From: a virus
Lineage: Duplodnaviria > Heunggongvirae > Uroviricota > Caudoviricetes
Strand: one strand, 5' to 3'
DNA length: 64,000 bases
Virus record (IMG/VR): IMGVR_UViG_2571042445_000002
The notes beneath the pieces were generated by a model that was not told where the DNA came from, made no database searches, and saw only the letters and a list, made by a program, of their open reading frames with translations. Position numbers and translations under genes: made by a program. Position 1 is the first letter of the stretch, and every line of letters starts with the position of its first letter. This document shows, in pieces, positions 1-9,621 of this stretch.

Positions 1-41
1 GTGAGGACAGGGGCTTCTTTGGCTCGCTATTTGATTCAACT

Positions 42-593
42 GTGTCAGGGCTTAACCAGGTAGGCTCCGCCGTCCTCCCCGCCGTTGGAGATAACCTCTC
101 GCGACTTGTGGGCGGTATTGATAGCACCGGAATGTTAAATGACTTTGTATTGCAGTCCTCTGGACAGAATACCGATGTTGCTCGCGCTATTAGTCCGTTA
201 ACAAGGAGTGTTGGCGGTTGGCTGAATGGTGGCATACAGAAAACGGCGGATACGATCAGGGACACAACTGGCGCAATCAATCAAAGCCTGTTTGCTTCGG
301 GCGTGGCTGCTAAAGAACCGTTCCTTGCAATGCCTCCGCAGCTACCAATCGTCACGGACCTCGCACGAAGCGGAATAAGGCAGATGCTAACAACAGATAC
401 CGCAAATAACGATCCGGCTATGTTGAAAGCACTGGAGAACGTTTATTCCGTTCTTAAAGAGATTCTTGGCGTAAGCAAAGACAACCGCAAAGGCGATCAG
501 GACAAAGTTGTGAACACATCACAACCACAACCTCGTCAGCGTGCCAGCACGACTATCAATGACCCATCTCTTGACAAATTACTGGAGGATTAA
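42..593 (+). CDS. tail/baseplate-associated hypothetical protein; frame is open to the window edge so the gene may start upstream
   Basis: GTG-initiated 183-aa ORF, no in-frame stop between position 3 and 42; first gene of a co-oriented baseplate/tail-fibre block. Confidence 0.3.
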   Translation: MSGLNQVGSAVLPAVGDNLSRLVGGIDSTGMLNDFVLQSSGQNTDVARAISPLTRSVGGWLNGGIQKTADTIRDTTGAINQSLFASGVAAKEPFLAMPPQLPIVTDLARSGIRQMLTTDTANNDPAMLKALENVYSVLKEILGVSKDNRKGDQDKVVNTSQPQPRQRASTTINDPSLDKLLED

Positions 594-598
594 GACCG

Positions 599-973
599 AT
601 GCTTTATGAGATTGATGCCCGCCTTCAGACAAACGAGAGCGGGGTGGTGATCGCTGAAGGCGACACAAACGCCTGGATAGCCCGACTCGATGAATGGCTA
701 CGGACACCAAATGGCAGCGTTTACGGATTGCCGTCATGGGGGAATCCGATGGAGGAGTTCAAACACGAACCCTTCGGTTCTGATACGTCACACATTGTTG
801 AAGTGGCGATTGAAGCGCGAATGATGACGAAGCTACAGCAGGACTTACCAGGGCTTGGACTCCAGGCGATCCGCTGCGCGACTGTCTCTGAAGACCAGTT
901 ACTAATTAGCTTCCAGGCAAAAGGAGGCACCGTGAATGTTGTTATGCAGAAAGATAGCGGAGATACAGCGTGA
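599..973 (+). CDS. putative baseplate wedge protein (gp25/W-like size class)
   Basis: 124 aa, tightly packed before a baseplate J-like gene; assignment by size and synteny. Confidence 0.3.
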   Translation: MLYEIDARLQTNESGVVIAEGDTNAWIARLDEWLRTPNGSVYGLPSWGNPMEEFKHEPFGSDTSHIVEVAIEARMMTKLQQDLPGLGLQAIRCATVSEDQLLISFQAKGGTVNVVMQKDSGDTA

Positions 974-2400
974 GTATTACCGAATTACTGGACAAGTTTA
1001 ATGCCAAGCTGAACGAAAACCCCTGGTGGGCGCGATTTGTAAACAGCCAGTTTATTCAAATGCAGTCCGTTTTGGGCGCGCAGATTGTTTATATTGCGCG
1101 TACATTTGCAAGCCGTGCACTTACAGAAGGATTCATTTCCACCGCGACGCGTAGAGCAAGTATTCTCGCGGCAGCGGAAGACCGTGGCTATGTCGGTCGT
1201 TTGGTCGATGCGTCATACGGCACTGTTTCCATCACCAACAAAACCGACAGGGATATTACTCTACCCGGAGGGGCTGAATTACTGACAAGTGACCAGACAC
1301 CAATTGCAACCAGCAGTAGTGTTGTTATCCCTGCTGGTGAAACAGTACCCGGCATAGAAGTAAAACAGCATGAAGCAGTCAGCGTAACGTTCGACGTGGT
1401 GCAAGAAACACCATTCTTGACGCTGTTACTTTCCCGTGAGTTAACAGCAGAAGTCGCCAGCCTGGAAGTTGTCGTGATAACTAATGGTGTCGAGGAAAAA
1501 TGGACACATAACCCCCTGTTCCGCATGTCCAGGGATAACAGTAAACATTATGTGTTGGTTTATAAGCCGACAGAACAGATCGGCGTGCGCTTCGGTGATG
1601 GATCAATGGGGATGATGCCAGCGGCAGGGAGTCAGGTACGCATTGATATTATGGCAAGCCTCGGTGATTACACGCTGGCTGAAGGCCAGAAACTTGAACC
1701 AGCAGGGAACATCTCCGGGTATGTCGAATCACTGGAAGTAAAAACCGATTCGATCATTTCTGGCGGTGGTGGCATGGAAACTACCGAGGAAACCCGAAAC
1801 AGGGCGCAGTATTATGTGGCCTACGATGAGCAGGTTGTTTGGGGCGGTGATTACCGCCAGTTCATTCAGAACGTGGTCAGTGGCACGTCATGGCTTAACG
1901 TGTGGGGGGAGGCGCTACAGGAGAAAATCACGGGCTTTGATGTGCGTAATATCAACAAAATTTTCTTTTGTGGGCACAAGCCCGGCGTAACACAGGAAGC
2001 TCTGAAAACAGAGATATTATCAGCCCTTGAGAGTATCCCTAATGAGCTGAATAAGAAGTTCGAATACGTCGCCACCAATGAACAGCCGTTCAACATCAAA
2101 TTTACCGGTATCGTAAAAAAGAGTGTGCTGGTGGATGACGCGCTAACTGCAATTAAAGCGGCACTGGAGGAGAACTTCGGTAAAGACTCCATGTCATTTA
2201 GCCAGCTATTGCAGAGTGATGACGATTCACAGCAATGTTATGCACAGGTCAAAGTAAAAGATATCTGGCGAGTAATCGAATCGCTGGATATGTTCCTGTC
2301 TTATGACGTGGCTACGCAGAACATGAAAGAAGCTGTGTACTTTAATGATTTTGTTTATCTGGACGTGGAATCATCAACGTTCAGCATAACCTATCCGTAA
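970..2400 (+). CDS. baseplate J-like protein
   Basis: 476 aa; overlapping stop/start with flanking genes; position and size typical of J/gp47-type baseplate component. Confidence 0.4.
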   Translation: MSITELLDKFNAKLNENPWWARFVNSQFIQMQSVLGAQIVYIARTFASRALTEGFISTATRRASILAAAEDRGYVGRLVDASYGTVSITNKTDRDITLPGGAELLTSDQTPIATSSSVVIPAGETVPGIEVKQHEAVSVTFDVVQETPFLTLLLSRELTAEVASLEVVVITNGVEEKWTHNPLFRMSRDNSKHYVLVYKPTEQIGVRFGDGSMGMMPAAGSQVRIDIMASLGDYTLAEGQKLEPAGNISGYVESLEVKTDSIISGGGGMETTEETRNRAQYYVAYDEQVVWGGDYRQFIQNVVSGTSWLNVWGEALQEKITGFDVRNINKIFFCGHKPGVTQEALKTEILSALESIPNELNKKFEYVATNEQPFNIKFTGIVKKSVLVDDALTAIKAALEENFGKDSMSFSQLLQSDDDSQQCYAQVKVKDIWRVIESLDMFLSYDVATQNMKEAVYFNDFVYLDVESSTFSITYP

Positions 2401-2409
2401 GAGGTCACA

Positions 2410-3252
2410 ATGCAGAATAACTGGCTAAAAGAGCGTCTGACGCAATTTAAACAGGATTCTAAATTGTGGGCCGCCTTTGTTGATACGATTCAGGACGTGT
2501 GGAATGAATCGGTTGAACCTATTCTCACGCGAATAAGCAACCGTAAATCGTTTTTCACAATGGCAAGGGAGGATATGGACACTCGCATTGCTGAATATGG
2601 TCGTTTCTTTGTTATCACAGAAACGGACAAAACACGCAGGCCAATGCTATTAGCTCAACGACTGGATGAGGTGCACTTCAAAGGAACAGTAAGGCCGATA
2701 GAGCAAACGTTCTGGCGTGAATTTGGCACAATCCCCGTCTCATGGGAACCTTTGTATGCGCCTGTCGATACAGAAAAACATCCCTATGGTTCATTCTTCG
2801 CGACTGCAAATGAAATACCGACTGCTCAGGCACAATATGGTGAGTTTTTCCTGACATCCAGAGGGCTGGTTGTCGTCAACCAAAATAAGCTGTATCGAGC
2901 TTATGATAGCGATGACAGAGACGTTGCTGTACAGAAGCTACTTGCTGATTTTGATACGGTTATAGCGCCGCTATTGCCATTGCATATCGTGTTTGATGGT
3001 GTTTCTTTCCAGTTGAGCGCAACATTGCCGGAAATGGCGGAGATCCTGAATTGCTTATCTGCGGAAGTGTCCTTTATTGAGGGGGTGTACACGACGCAAG
3101 AGATGGTCGATGAACTATCTATTAGCGATACGATCATTCAATTAGACGGCATCCAGTTCGCAGGAAGGCCAGACCGGACGACGGAAAGAGTGCTTCATCT
3201 CGATGAACTCCCGCTCGACGCCTGGGCGCTGGATTATAATTTTGCACCTTAG
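2410..3252 (+). CDS. putative tail/baseplate protein
   Basis: 280 aa, follows baseplate J-like gene, followed by strong hairpin. Confidence 0.3.
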   Translation: MQNNWLKERLTQFKQDSKLWAAFVDTIQDVWNESVEPILTRISNRKSFFTMAREDMDTRIAEYGRFFVITETDKTRRPMLLAQRLDEVHFKGTVRPIEQTFWREFGTIPVSWEPLYAPVDTEKHPYGSFFATANEIPTAQAQYGEFFLTSRGLVVVNQNKLYRAYDSDDRDVAVQKLLADFDTVIAPLLPLHIVFDGVSFQLSATLPEMAEILNCLSAEVSFIEGVYTTQEMVDELSISDTIIQLDGIQFAGRPDRTTERVLHLDELPLDAWALDYNFAP

Positions 3253-3259
3253 CAAACCA

Positions 3260-3290
3260 GGCCCCACCAACCTGGGTGGGGCCATTTCTC
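3260..3290 (+). terminator. hairpin terminator candidate after baseplate genes
   Basis: 9-bp GC stem ggccccacc/ggtggggcc with 6-nt loop, then T-rich tract. Confidence 0.4.
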
Positions 3291-3308
3291 AAAACAAAAG
3301 ACCACTGG

Positions 3309-3324
3309 AAATCACAAACTGAAC
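3309..3324 (+). promoter_or_regulatory. candidate late-promoter element (AAATCACAAACTGAAC)
   Basis: one of four copies of a conserved 16-bp motif, 45 bp upstream of the tail-fibre operon start. Confidence 0.4.
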
Positions 3325-3368
3325 ATACTGCCCTTCGATTTATTGCTTGTTAAAGGGGCTATGTTCGT

Positions 3369-3815
3369 ATGGCTGAAACTTTAAAATCCCAAAGCGATTC
3401 AAGTATTTACAAGGCGCAACTCCTTTCTTACTACTACTCTCGCCGTGCAGAGTCTGCAATCGGCAGGGGTGAGCGTTTTGTTATGACAAAGGCTTATTGG
3501 TGCAAGTCCGATCTTGTGACGGTAAATAGTGCTGGTGGCTGGACTATTTCTGATATTCCGCTCGACTTCAAGTTAAGTGATGCACAGCATTTTGCTGAAT
3601 CCAATCTCATTCTTTCCAGCCTCGATGGTGTCATTACGATTAATGCCGCTTTTCCACAAGAAACGATGCCGGACGATACACCTTACGATTTCAATACGCT
3701 GGTTCTCGTAGATGCAGAGGATCAGGCTTTTGGGGTTGTTTGTACTCAACAGGACACCTTATTCAAAGGTAAGCGATACAGCTTGCTCATGACCATTGAA
3801 CAGGTCGAGGGATAA
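3369..3815 (+). CDS. tail-fibre operon protein (position equivalent to P1 R)
   Basis: 148 aa, immediately upstream of tail fibre gene. Confidence 0.3.
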   Translation: MAETLKSQSDSSIYKAQLLSYYYSRRAESAIGRGERFVMTKAYWCKSDLVTVNSAGGWTISDIPLDFKLSDAQHFAESNLILSSLDGVITINAAFPQETMPDDTPYDFNTLVLVDAEDQAFGVVCTQQDTLFKGKRYSLLMTIEQVEG

Positions 3816-3817
3816 TT

Positions 3818-6800
3818 ATGTGCGCAGATAAAGTAAAGAATATTGTCACCTTATCTTCGGACATTTCCGCTCCACTAATTGCAGACATGCAATACTTTGA
3901 GCTGTATAGCACCGAAGCTCTAAACAGGAAGATGAAAAATATCGTTCTGCCCGGAGTGTACTGTGGGTTTGAACCGGTGCCAGGGGATGGTCTGTTTGTG
4001 CGTATTACATCCGAGAAAACAGAGGGAAGAGGGGCGGCTTCAATTGACGTGGGTAAATGTCAGATATCCGTGCAGCAAGTCAGTGATGTTCTTGTTCCTG
4101 TAGAAGCTGGTGTAACGACAATCATCGTTCTTGAAGCTAATTACGAACATGGAGTGAAAACCAGCCAGGTAGATAGCTCATCGGATATTAGCGCAGCGAG
4201 AATTATTGCTCTCGTTGATGAGGAAATAGCATCTAACCAGATTGAGCTATGCCGCGTGATCGTGCCTGACAATGCTCAAGCCGTTACCGCAGATATGATT
4301 AGCACTGAATATCGTGCTAATCGTGCTGTTGGTGTTGAGTTTTCCAGTGCTTTGGATAGTGACGAAGAATATAAAGCCGCAACACCTCTTGCTATCAGCA
4401 CGTTAAACAAACTAAAAGCTCCGGTTGATAGCCCGGAGTTTATTGGTATACCTAAATCTCCAACTCCGGAACAAGGTACAAACAGTACACAAATCGCAAA
4501 CACTGCCTTTGTTCAGGCCGCAATAACCGCCCTTATTGATGGTTCTCCTTCGGCGTTGGATACGCTGAAAAAAATTGCAGATGCAATTAACAATGATCCT
4601 CAGTTTAGCCAGACGATTAATGCTGCTTTAGCTCTTAAAGCACCGTTATTAAGCCCGGCATTTACAGGGGTGCCAACAGCGCCTACAGCGTCACAAGGTA
4701 CGAACAACACTCAGATTGCAACAACCGCTTATGTTCGTGCCGCTATTTCTGCATTGGTCGGCTCATCACCAGAAGCTCTTGATACTCTTAATGAGCTTGC
4801 TGCGGCGCTGGGCAATGACCCGAACTTTGCGGCTACAATGACAAATGCCCTGGCAGGTAAGCAGCCTCTCGACGCAACCTTAACCGCGCTCGCTGACCTG
4901 GCGACGGGGGCAAATAAATTACCGTACTTTACCGGAACAGACACTGTAGCCCAGACTGATTTAACGTCAGTCGGTCGCGATATTCTTGCTAAAACAAGCA
5001 CACTGGCTGTTATCCAATACCTTGGTTTAAGAGAACTCGGAACCAGCGGAGAAAAGCTCCCCCTGTTGAGCACAGCTAATACCTGGAGTGCACGCCAGAC
5101 TTTCAGCGCGGGGATCACTGGTACGCTGACCGGGAACGCCGATACTGCGACGAAATTAAAAACAGCCAGAAAGATTAACGGTGTGGCATTTGATGGGTCG
5201 GCAGATATTACTCTGACCCCTGAAGATCTTGGCTTAACGGATATTGCTTCTCAAGCTGGTAACGCAGTTCAGCGTTCTGGCGACACAATGGGGGGGCAGC
5301 TAAAAATTGGCACAATAAATGCCCTTCGAATATTTAACCAGGACTTTGGCCTTATCTTCAGGAGATCCGAGGAATATCTTCATCTTATCCCGACAAATGA
5401 AGGGGAGGGTGAAAATGGTGACATCGGGCCATTAAGACCATTTTCTATAAACTTAAGAACTGGGTTGGTGTCCATCGGTAACGGCGTAAAAGTTGGCGGT
5501 GGTATTACTGGTAATTTGACGGGAAACGCAGATACTGCCACAAAGCTCAAGATAGCTCGAACGATCGGCGGAGTGTCATTTGATGGCAGCGCCAATATCG
5601 ACCTGCCTGGCGTGAATAAAACAGGTAATCAGAGCACTACCGGCAATGCTGCAACCGCAACGAAACTTCAGACGGCACGCACAATCGGCGGAGTGTCATT
5701 TGATGGCAGCGCCAATATCGACCTGCCTGGCGTGAATAAAACAGGTAATCAGAGCACTACCGGCAATGCTGCAACCGCAACGAAACTTCAGACGGCACGC
5801 ACAATCGGCGGAGTGTCATTTGATGGCAGCGCCAATATCGACCTGCCTGGCGTGAATAAAACGGGTAATCAGAGCACTACCGGCAATGCTGCAACCGCAA
5901 CGAAACTTCAGACGGCAAGAACAATCGGCGGGGTGGCATTTGATGGCACTGCCAATATCAACCTGCCGGGTGTGAACATTGCTGGTAACCAGAACACAAC
6001 AGGTAATGCTGCAACCGCTACAAAACTGCAAACAGCCCGCACAATCAACGGTGTTAAGTTTGATGGTTCTGCGAACATTTCGATACCAACAATTACGTCC
6101 AGAGGGCGTGTTACTGCGCTCACCAGTACAACGCAAGGTGCTACTACTGGATTGCAGATGTATGAGGCGTACAACAACGGCTATCCTTCTGCTTACGGGA
6201 ATGTGCTTCATCTTAAGGGCGCAACTGCCGCTGGTGAAGGCGAGTTGTTCATAGGTTGGAGCGGCACAAGTGGTGCTCATGCGCCTGTACATGTACGTTC
6301 GCGACGAGATACTGATACAGCCAGTTGGTCTGAGTGGGCGCAGGTCTACACATCGAAGGATTCCATCCCTGGTGTAAATACAACAGGCAACCAGAACACA
6401 ACCGGAAACGCGGCGTCTGCAACGAAATTACAAACGGCAAGAACTATTGGTGGTGTTTCATTTAATGGCACCGCAAACATCGACCTGCCGGGCGTGAATA
6501 AAACAGGTAATCAGAGCACTACCGGCAATGCTGCAACTGCAACGAAACTACAAACAGCGCGCACAATAGGCGGGGTTTCGTTTGATGGTACAGCAAACAT
6601 CAATCTTCCGGGCGTTAATATTGCCGGAAATCAAAATACAAGTGGTAATGCAGCTACAGCGACAAAGTTAAAAACTGCCAGAAAAATAAGTGGAGTGGCT
6701 TTTGATGGTTCTGCAGACATCACATTAACGGCAAGTCATGTTGGTGCGTTACCAACAACAGGTGGTACTGTTACCGGTGAAATTATATCCAGCAGCCAAA

Positions 6801-7327
6801 ATGCTATACGCCTAACTTATAATAATAACTATGGATTCCTAATAACTAATACTGGATATAGTTTCCAGATATCAACCACTGGGCAAAATGTTAATGGTGA
6901 TGTCGTTTACACTCCATTAAAGATAGATGGCGGTGATGGTCGCGTAGAATTAGGACGTGCTGATGGTCATGTAAGGGTTATGGGGAATTTATCTGCCGCT
7001 GGTCAGATTACCCCTGGTAACTATAGTAATTTCAACACGAAATATCAGGCTAAAAACACAGCATATGCCAACATTCATGGATGGCATAAGGATACATCAA
7101 CTAAGGTGATGATGCAGTGGGGGTTTATAACAAATTTAACTCCAGGAAGCGTGGTTAAATTTCCGACTACTTTTCCTGAGGCGTGTGCGGTAGTTGTGAT
7201 TTCGCCTCACAGCGGGAATGCTGTCAATTCAATTCTTTATACATACAACCACTCAGTCACTGGTTTTACAGTGAAAAGTAGCTCCACTGATAAAATATAT
7301 GCACAGTATGTTGCTTATGGTTATTAA
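3818..7327 (+). CDS. tail fibre protein with internal 40-aa shaft repeats
   Basis: 1169 aa; about 8 copies of the unit TGNQSTTGNAATATKLQTARTIGGVSFDGSANIDLPGVNK; followed directly by a Tfa gene. Confidence 0.8.
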   Translation: MCADKVKNIVTLSSDISAPLIADMQYFELYSTEALNRKMKNIVLPGVYCGFEPVPGDGLFVRITSEKTEGRGAASIDVGKCQISVQQVSDVLVPVEAGVTTIIVLEANYEHGVKTSQVDSSSDISAARIIALVDEEIASNQIELCRVIVPDNAQAVTADMISTEYRANRAVGVEFSSALDSDEEYKAATPLAISTLNKLKAPVDSPEFIGIPKSPTPEQGTNSTQIANTAFVQAAITALIDGSPSALDTLKKIADAINNDPQFSQTINAALALKAPLLSPAFTGVPTAPTASQGTNNTQIATTAYVRAAISALVGSSPEALDTLNELAAALGNDPNFAATMTNALAGKQPLDATLTALADLATGANKLPYFTGTDTVAQTDLTSVGRDILAKTSTLAVIQYLGLRELGTSGEKLPLLSTANTWSARQTFSAGITGTLTGNADTATKLKTARKINGVAFDGSADITLTPEDLGLTDIASQAGNAVQRSGDTMGGQLKIGTINALRIFNQDFGLIFRRSEEYLHLIPTNEGEGENGDIGPLRPFSINLRTGLVSIGNGVKVGGGITGNLTGNADTATKLKIARTIGGVSFDGSANIDLPGVNKTGNQSTTGNAATATKLQTARTIGGVSFDGSANIDLPGVNKTGNQSTTGNAATATKLQTARTIGGVSFDGSANIDLPGVNKTGNQSTTGNAATATKLQTARTIGGVAFDGTANINLPGVNIAGNQNTTGNAATATKLQTARTINGVKFDGSANISIPTITSRGRVTALTSTTQGATTGLQMYEAYNNGYPSAYGNVLHLKGATAAGEGELFIGWSGTSGAHAPVHVRSRRDTDTASWSEWAQVYTSKDSIPGVNTTGNQNTTGNAASATKLQTARTIGGVSFNGTANIDLPGVNKTGNQSTTGNAATATKLQTARTIGGVSFDGTANINLPGVNIAGNQNTSGNAATATKLKTARKISGVAFDGSADITLTASHVGALPTTGGTVTGEIISSSQNAIRLTYNNNYGFLITNTGYSFQISTTGQNVNGDVVYTPLKIDGGDGRVELGRADGHVRVMGNLSAAGQITPGNYSNFNTKYQAKNTAYANIHGWHKDTSTKVMMQWGFITNLTPGSVVKFPTTFPEACAVVVISPHSGNAVNSILYTYNHSVTGFTVKSSSTDKIYAQYVAYGY
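5564..5923 (+). repeat. three near-identical tandem 120-bp repeats inside the tail fibre gene
   Basis: period exactly 120 bp (5564, 5684, 5804); more diverged copies continue to about 6720. Confidence 0.9.
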
Positions 7328-7358
7328 AAATATAGTTAATTAGAATGAAGGTGCTTAA

Positions 7359-7781
7359 ATGGCAAAGTATTACAGCAAAGAGACTGGTGGTTTCTACGAC
7401 GACAGACTAAAAGAAGATTACGATAAAAACGGTTCATGGCCGTCCGATACTGTACATATACCTGATGACTTATATGATGAATTGTTATCAGGGTATGGCA
7501 ATGGGAAAATAATAATTGCAAATGGCGATGGTTATCCAATGTTATCTGACCCACAACCTATGAGCTTAGAGGATAGAGTCAGCATTGCTGAAAACACCAA
7601 AAGTAGTCTTATGAATGATGTGAGCATAAAAATATCAACGCTTCAGGATGCTGTTGATATGGATATTGCCACTGATGAGGAAATAGAAATGTTGACAAAG
7701 TTAAAGAGGTATAGAGTTCTTCTTAATAGAGTTGACACTTCTGTTGATGCAGATATCTCATGGCCTGAGATGCCTGTATAA
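7359..7781 (+). CDS. tfa: tail fibre assembly protein (Tfa / P1 U family)
   Basis: 140 aa; C-terminal RYRVLLNRVDTSVDADISWPEMP is the hallmark Tfa motif. Confidence 0.85.
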   Translation: MAKYYSKETGGFYDDRLKEDYDKNGSWPSDTVHIPDDLYDELLSGYGNGKIIIANGDGYPMLSDPQPMSLEDRVSIAENTKSSLMNDVSIKISTLQDAVDMDIATDEEIEMLTKLKRYRVLLNRVDTSVDADISWPEMPV

Positions 7782-8188
7782 ACAATCATAACAATCCAAT
7801 CAGCACTGCTTTTTTGATATTTCAAGCCCTCTTTTGTTGAGGGCTTTATTAGTGAGTGCTTTTGTGACCTTTTTTAGTAATACAATCCTTTGGTACAAAA
7901 AAGCCGCCGTCCAGTCAATGACGGCGGGCAAAATGAACACTCAGTTAGTGGTATCTGAGAGGGGGGCATTATATTCACTGAATGACGCTTGTGAAGACTC
8001 ACATGTCATCATTTTGTCCTCAAGAATCAGCTCACATCTTGCGCATTCAAGCGTATTTCTCTTTAAAGCCGTGTTTGGACCATTTTGTTGATACGCGAAT
8101 TTGGCATCCTCCACGCTCTGAGTGACGAGGTTTACGGACCACCGGGCCATCATATGCATCCATTTTGTGTGAATGGCATTTAGTCGGG

Positions 8189-8204
8189 AAATAACAAACT
8201 GGAT
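8189..8204 (+). promoter_or_regulatory. candidate late-promoter element (AAATAACAAACTGGAT)
   Basis: conserved 16-bp motif 38 bp upstream of the lysis/dar-like operon. Confidence 0.4.
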
Positions 8205-8241
8205 AAGTTGAAGCCGCGTTAAACGTCATTTCTGGAGGGGT

Positions 8242-8568
8242 ATGTTTGCAGATTATGAAAATCTGGCTGTAGCAGTCATAACATCCCTGCTGAGTGGAAC
8301 CGGCGTATTCCTTCTCGGAGTTAGAGACGGGCGCATTTCTGCGTCACTGCTCAACCTCGCGAGTGAATTGTTTACTGCGGTAACTGCCGGGCTTGCGGGG
8401 TTTTGGGTGGCTGATAGCTATGAATGGCCGGAAGGCATCATTTACTGCGTTGTTCTGATTGCCAGTAACAACGGAAGTGAAATTTTACAGGGCTTGAAGT
8501 CCAGAGCTAGTAACGTCTTGAATCTCTTAAGCGTAATAGCGAGTGGGGGAAAAGGTGGAGAGAAGTAA
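8242..8568 (+). CDS. holin-like small membrane protein (P1 LydA position)
   Basis: 108 aa with 2-3 hydrophobic helices and a charged C-terminus. Confidence 0.35.
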   Translation: MFADYENLAVAVITSLLSGTGVFLLGVRDGRISASLLNLASELFTAVTAGLAGFWVADSYEWPEGIIYCVVLIASNNGSEILQGLKSRASNVLNLLSVIASGGKGGEK

Positions 8569-9014
8569 TGGGTGACTTTGGAAATTATTTCATTTTTATC
8601 ATGGCATTTGTTGCCGTTATTGACCGTTTCTTATTTCGTCGCAAGAGTGTTGATATTTTGAGCATTGGCGAAGCTGTAGTGAAAGAGTCTGCTATAGCGT
8701 TTCCCGTGTCGCTTCGCGTTAAGCGAAGCTGGGTAAGCAATGCACAAATCGAATATTGGTTGCAGGACTTGAAAAATCCATCTGTGGTTATTTCGGGGAA
8801 AACAAGACCAGTTGACGCATCAAAACGCGGTGAGAGAGAAGAATATTTGCTCATCGACACGAAATATCTTGAGCCAGCGAAGTGGGATCTAAAGGTCACA
8901 TTGACTAACGGTAATTGCCGCCTGAATCCGCTTTATCGCATTTTCCCTATCAATGACTGCATAGAACGCCAGTTTATGATTGAAAAGTGTGAAGGAGACT
9001 GGAATGTCAAATAA
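8568..9014 (+). CDS. hypothetical protein (P1 LydB position, possible antiholin)
   Basis: 148 aa, stop/start coupled to the holin-like gene. Confidence 0.25.
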   Translation: MGDFGNYFIFIMAFVAVIDRFLFRRKSVDILSIGEAVVKESAIAFPVSLRVKRSWVSNAQIEYWLQDLKNPSVVISGKTRPVDASKRGEREEYLLIDTKYLEPAKWDLKVTLTNGNCRLNPLYRIFPINDCIERQFMIEKCEGDWNVK

Positions 9015-9621
9015 GTCTAATTATGTTCTTCTTAATTATGATGAGTTAAACGAAAAGGGGCTGGCAAAACTCGTCAAAGAAATCGGTAAAGGAGGCTACA
9101 AGATAGCGAGGGTGATCCCCGCCAGTAATGGCAGGAAGAAAGACGGGATCATGACGCGCACGTTTACCCTTATCGGAATCGATGAGCAGACGATGGACGT
9201 TCAGGTTAATGATACTGGTGATATTTCTGGTGTAAAACTGAACGGAAAAATTGTTCCTTTCAAGCCAGTTAAAACGCTGATGGCTTTAGGGCAATCACTG
9301 GCTGCTTTATTTAATAAAGGCGCATCATCATTTCAGAAATCATTGGCGCGTAAGTTAGCTCGTGCGGCGAAAGATATTGATGATGGGAATAAGAAAATAA
9401 AAGGCGTTAAGTCCAATGCGCAGAAACTAGCAGAGGCAAAGGAATCTCGCGATGCGATCCGCGAGGATATTGAAAGGGCCAAAGAAAAATTAAATCAGGT
9501 GCAAGGTAATTCAGACCGCGCAACAAGAGAAACTGAAATCATTAGAACCGAGATGGCGCAGGAACTGGCGAAAACTCGCGTATTGAAAGAAGAAATAGCG
9601 CGCCTGGAGGAAGATGCATGA
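9004..9621 (+). CDS. coiled-coil virion-associated protein (P1 Hdf-like position)
   Basis: ATG at 9004 six nt after AAGGAG; coiled-coil rich; overlaps next gene (ATGA). Confidence 0.3.
   Translation: MSNKSNYVLLNYDELNEKGLAKLVKEIGKGGYKIARVIPASNGRKKDGIMTRTFTLIGIDEQTMDVQVNDTGDISGVKLNGKIVPFKPVKTLMALGQSLAALFNKGASSFQKSLARKLARAAKDIDDGNKKIKGVKSNAQKLAEAKESRDAIREDIERAKEKLNQVQGNSDRATRETEIIRTEMAQELAKTRVLKEEIARLEEDA

Noticed and set aside
5564-5923. Possible CRISPR array suggested by regular direct repeats
   Set aside because: The repeats are 120 bp, contiguous, in frame and coding; there are no spacers and no cas genes.
4276-6440. Several 60-160-aa ORFs on the minus strand (and one plus-strand alternative frame) inside the tail fibre gene
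   Set aside because: They lie within the repetitive fibre coding region, have low-complexity compositions and no RBS; shadow ORFs.
7834-8229. Three short ORFs (7834-8091 plus, 7941-8159 minus, 8047-8229 minus) between tfa and the lysis operon
   Set aside because: Mutually overlapping on both strands with no RBS; the region carries the late-promoter motif and is more likely regulatory.
7782-8241. Searched for a Cin-type invertase and an invertible tail-fibre segment downstream of tfa, as in P1
   Set aside because: Only 460 bp of intergenic DNA with no recombinase ORF and no long inverted repeats.
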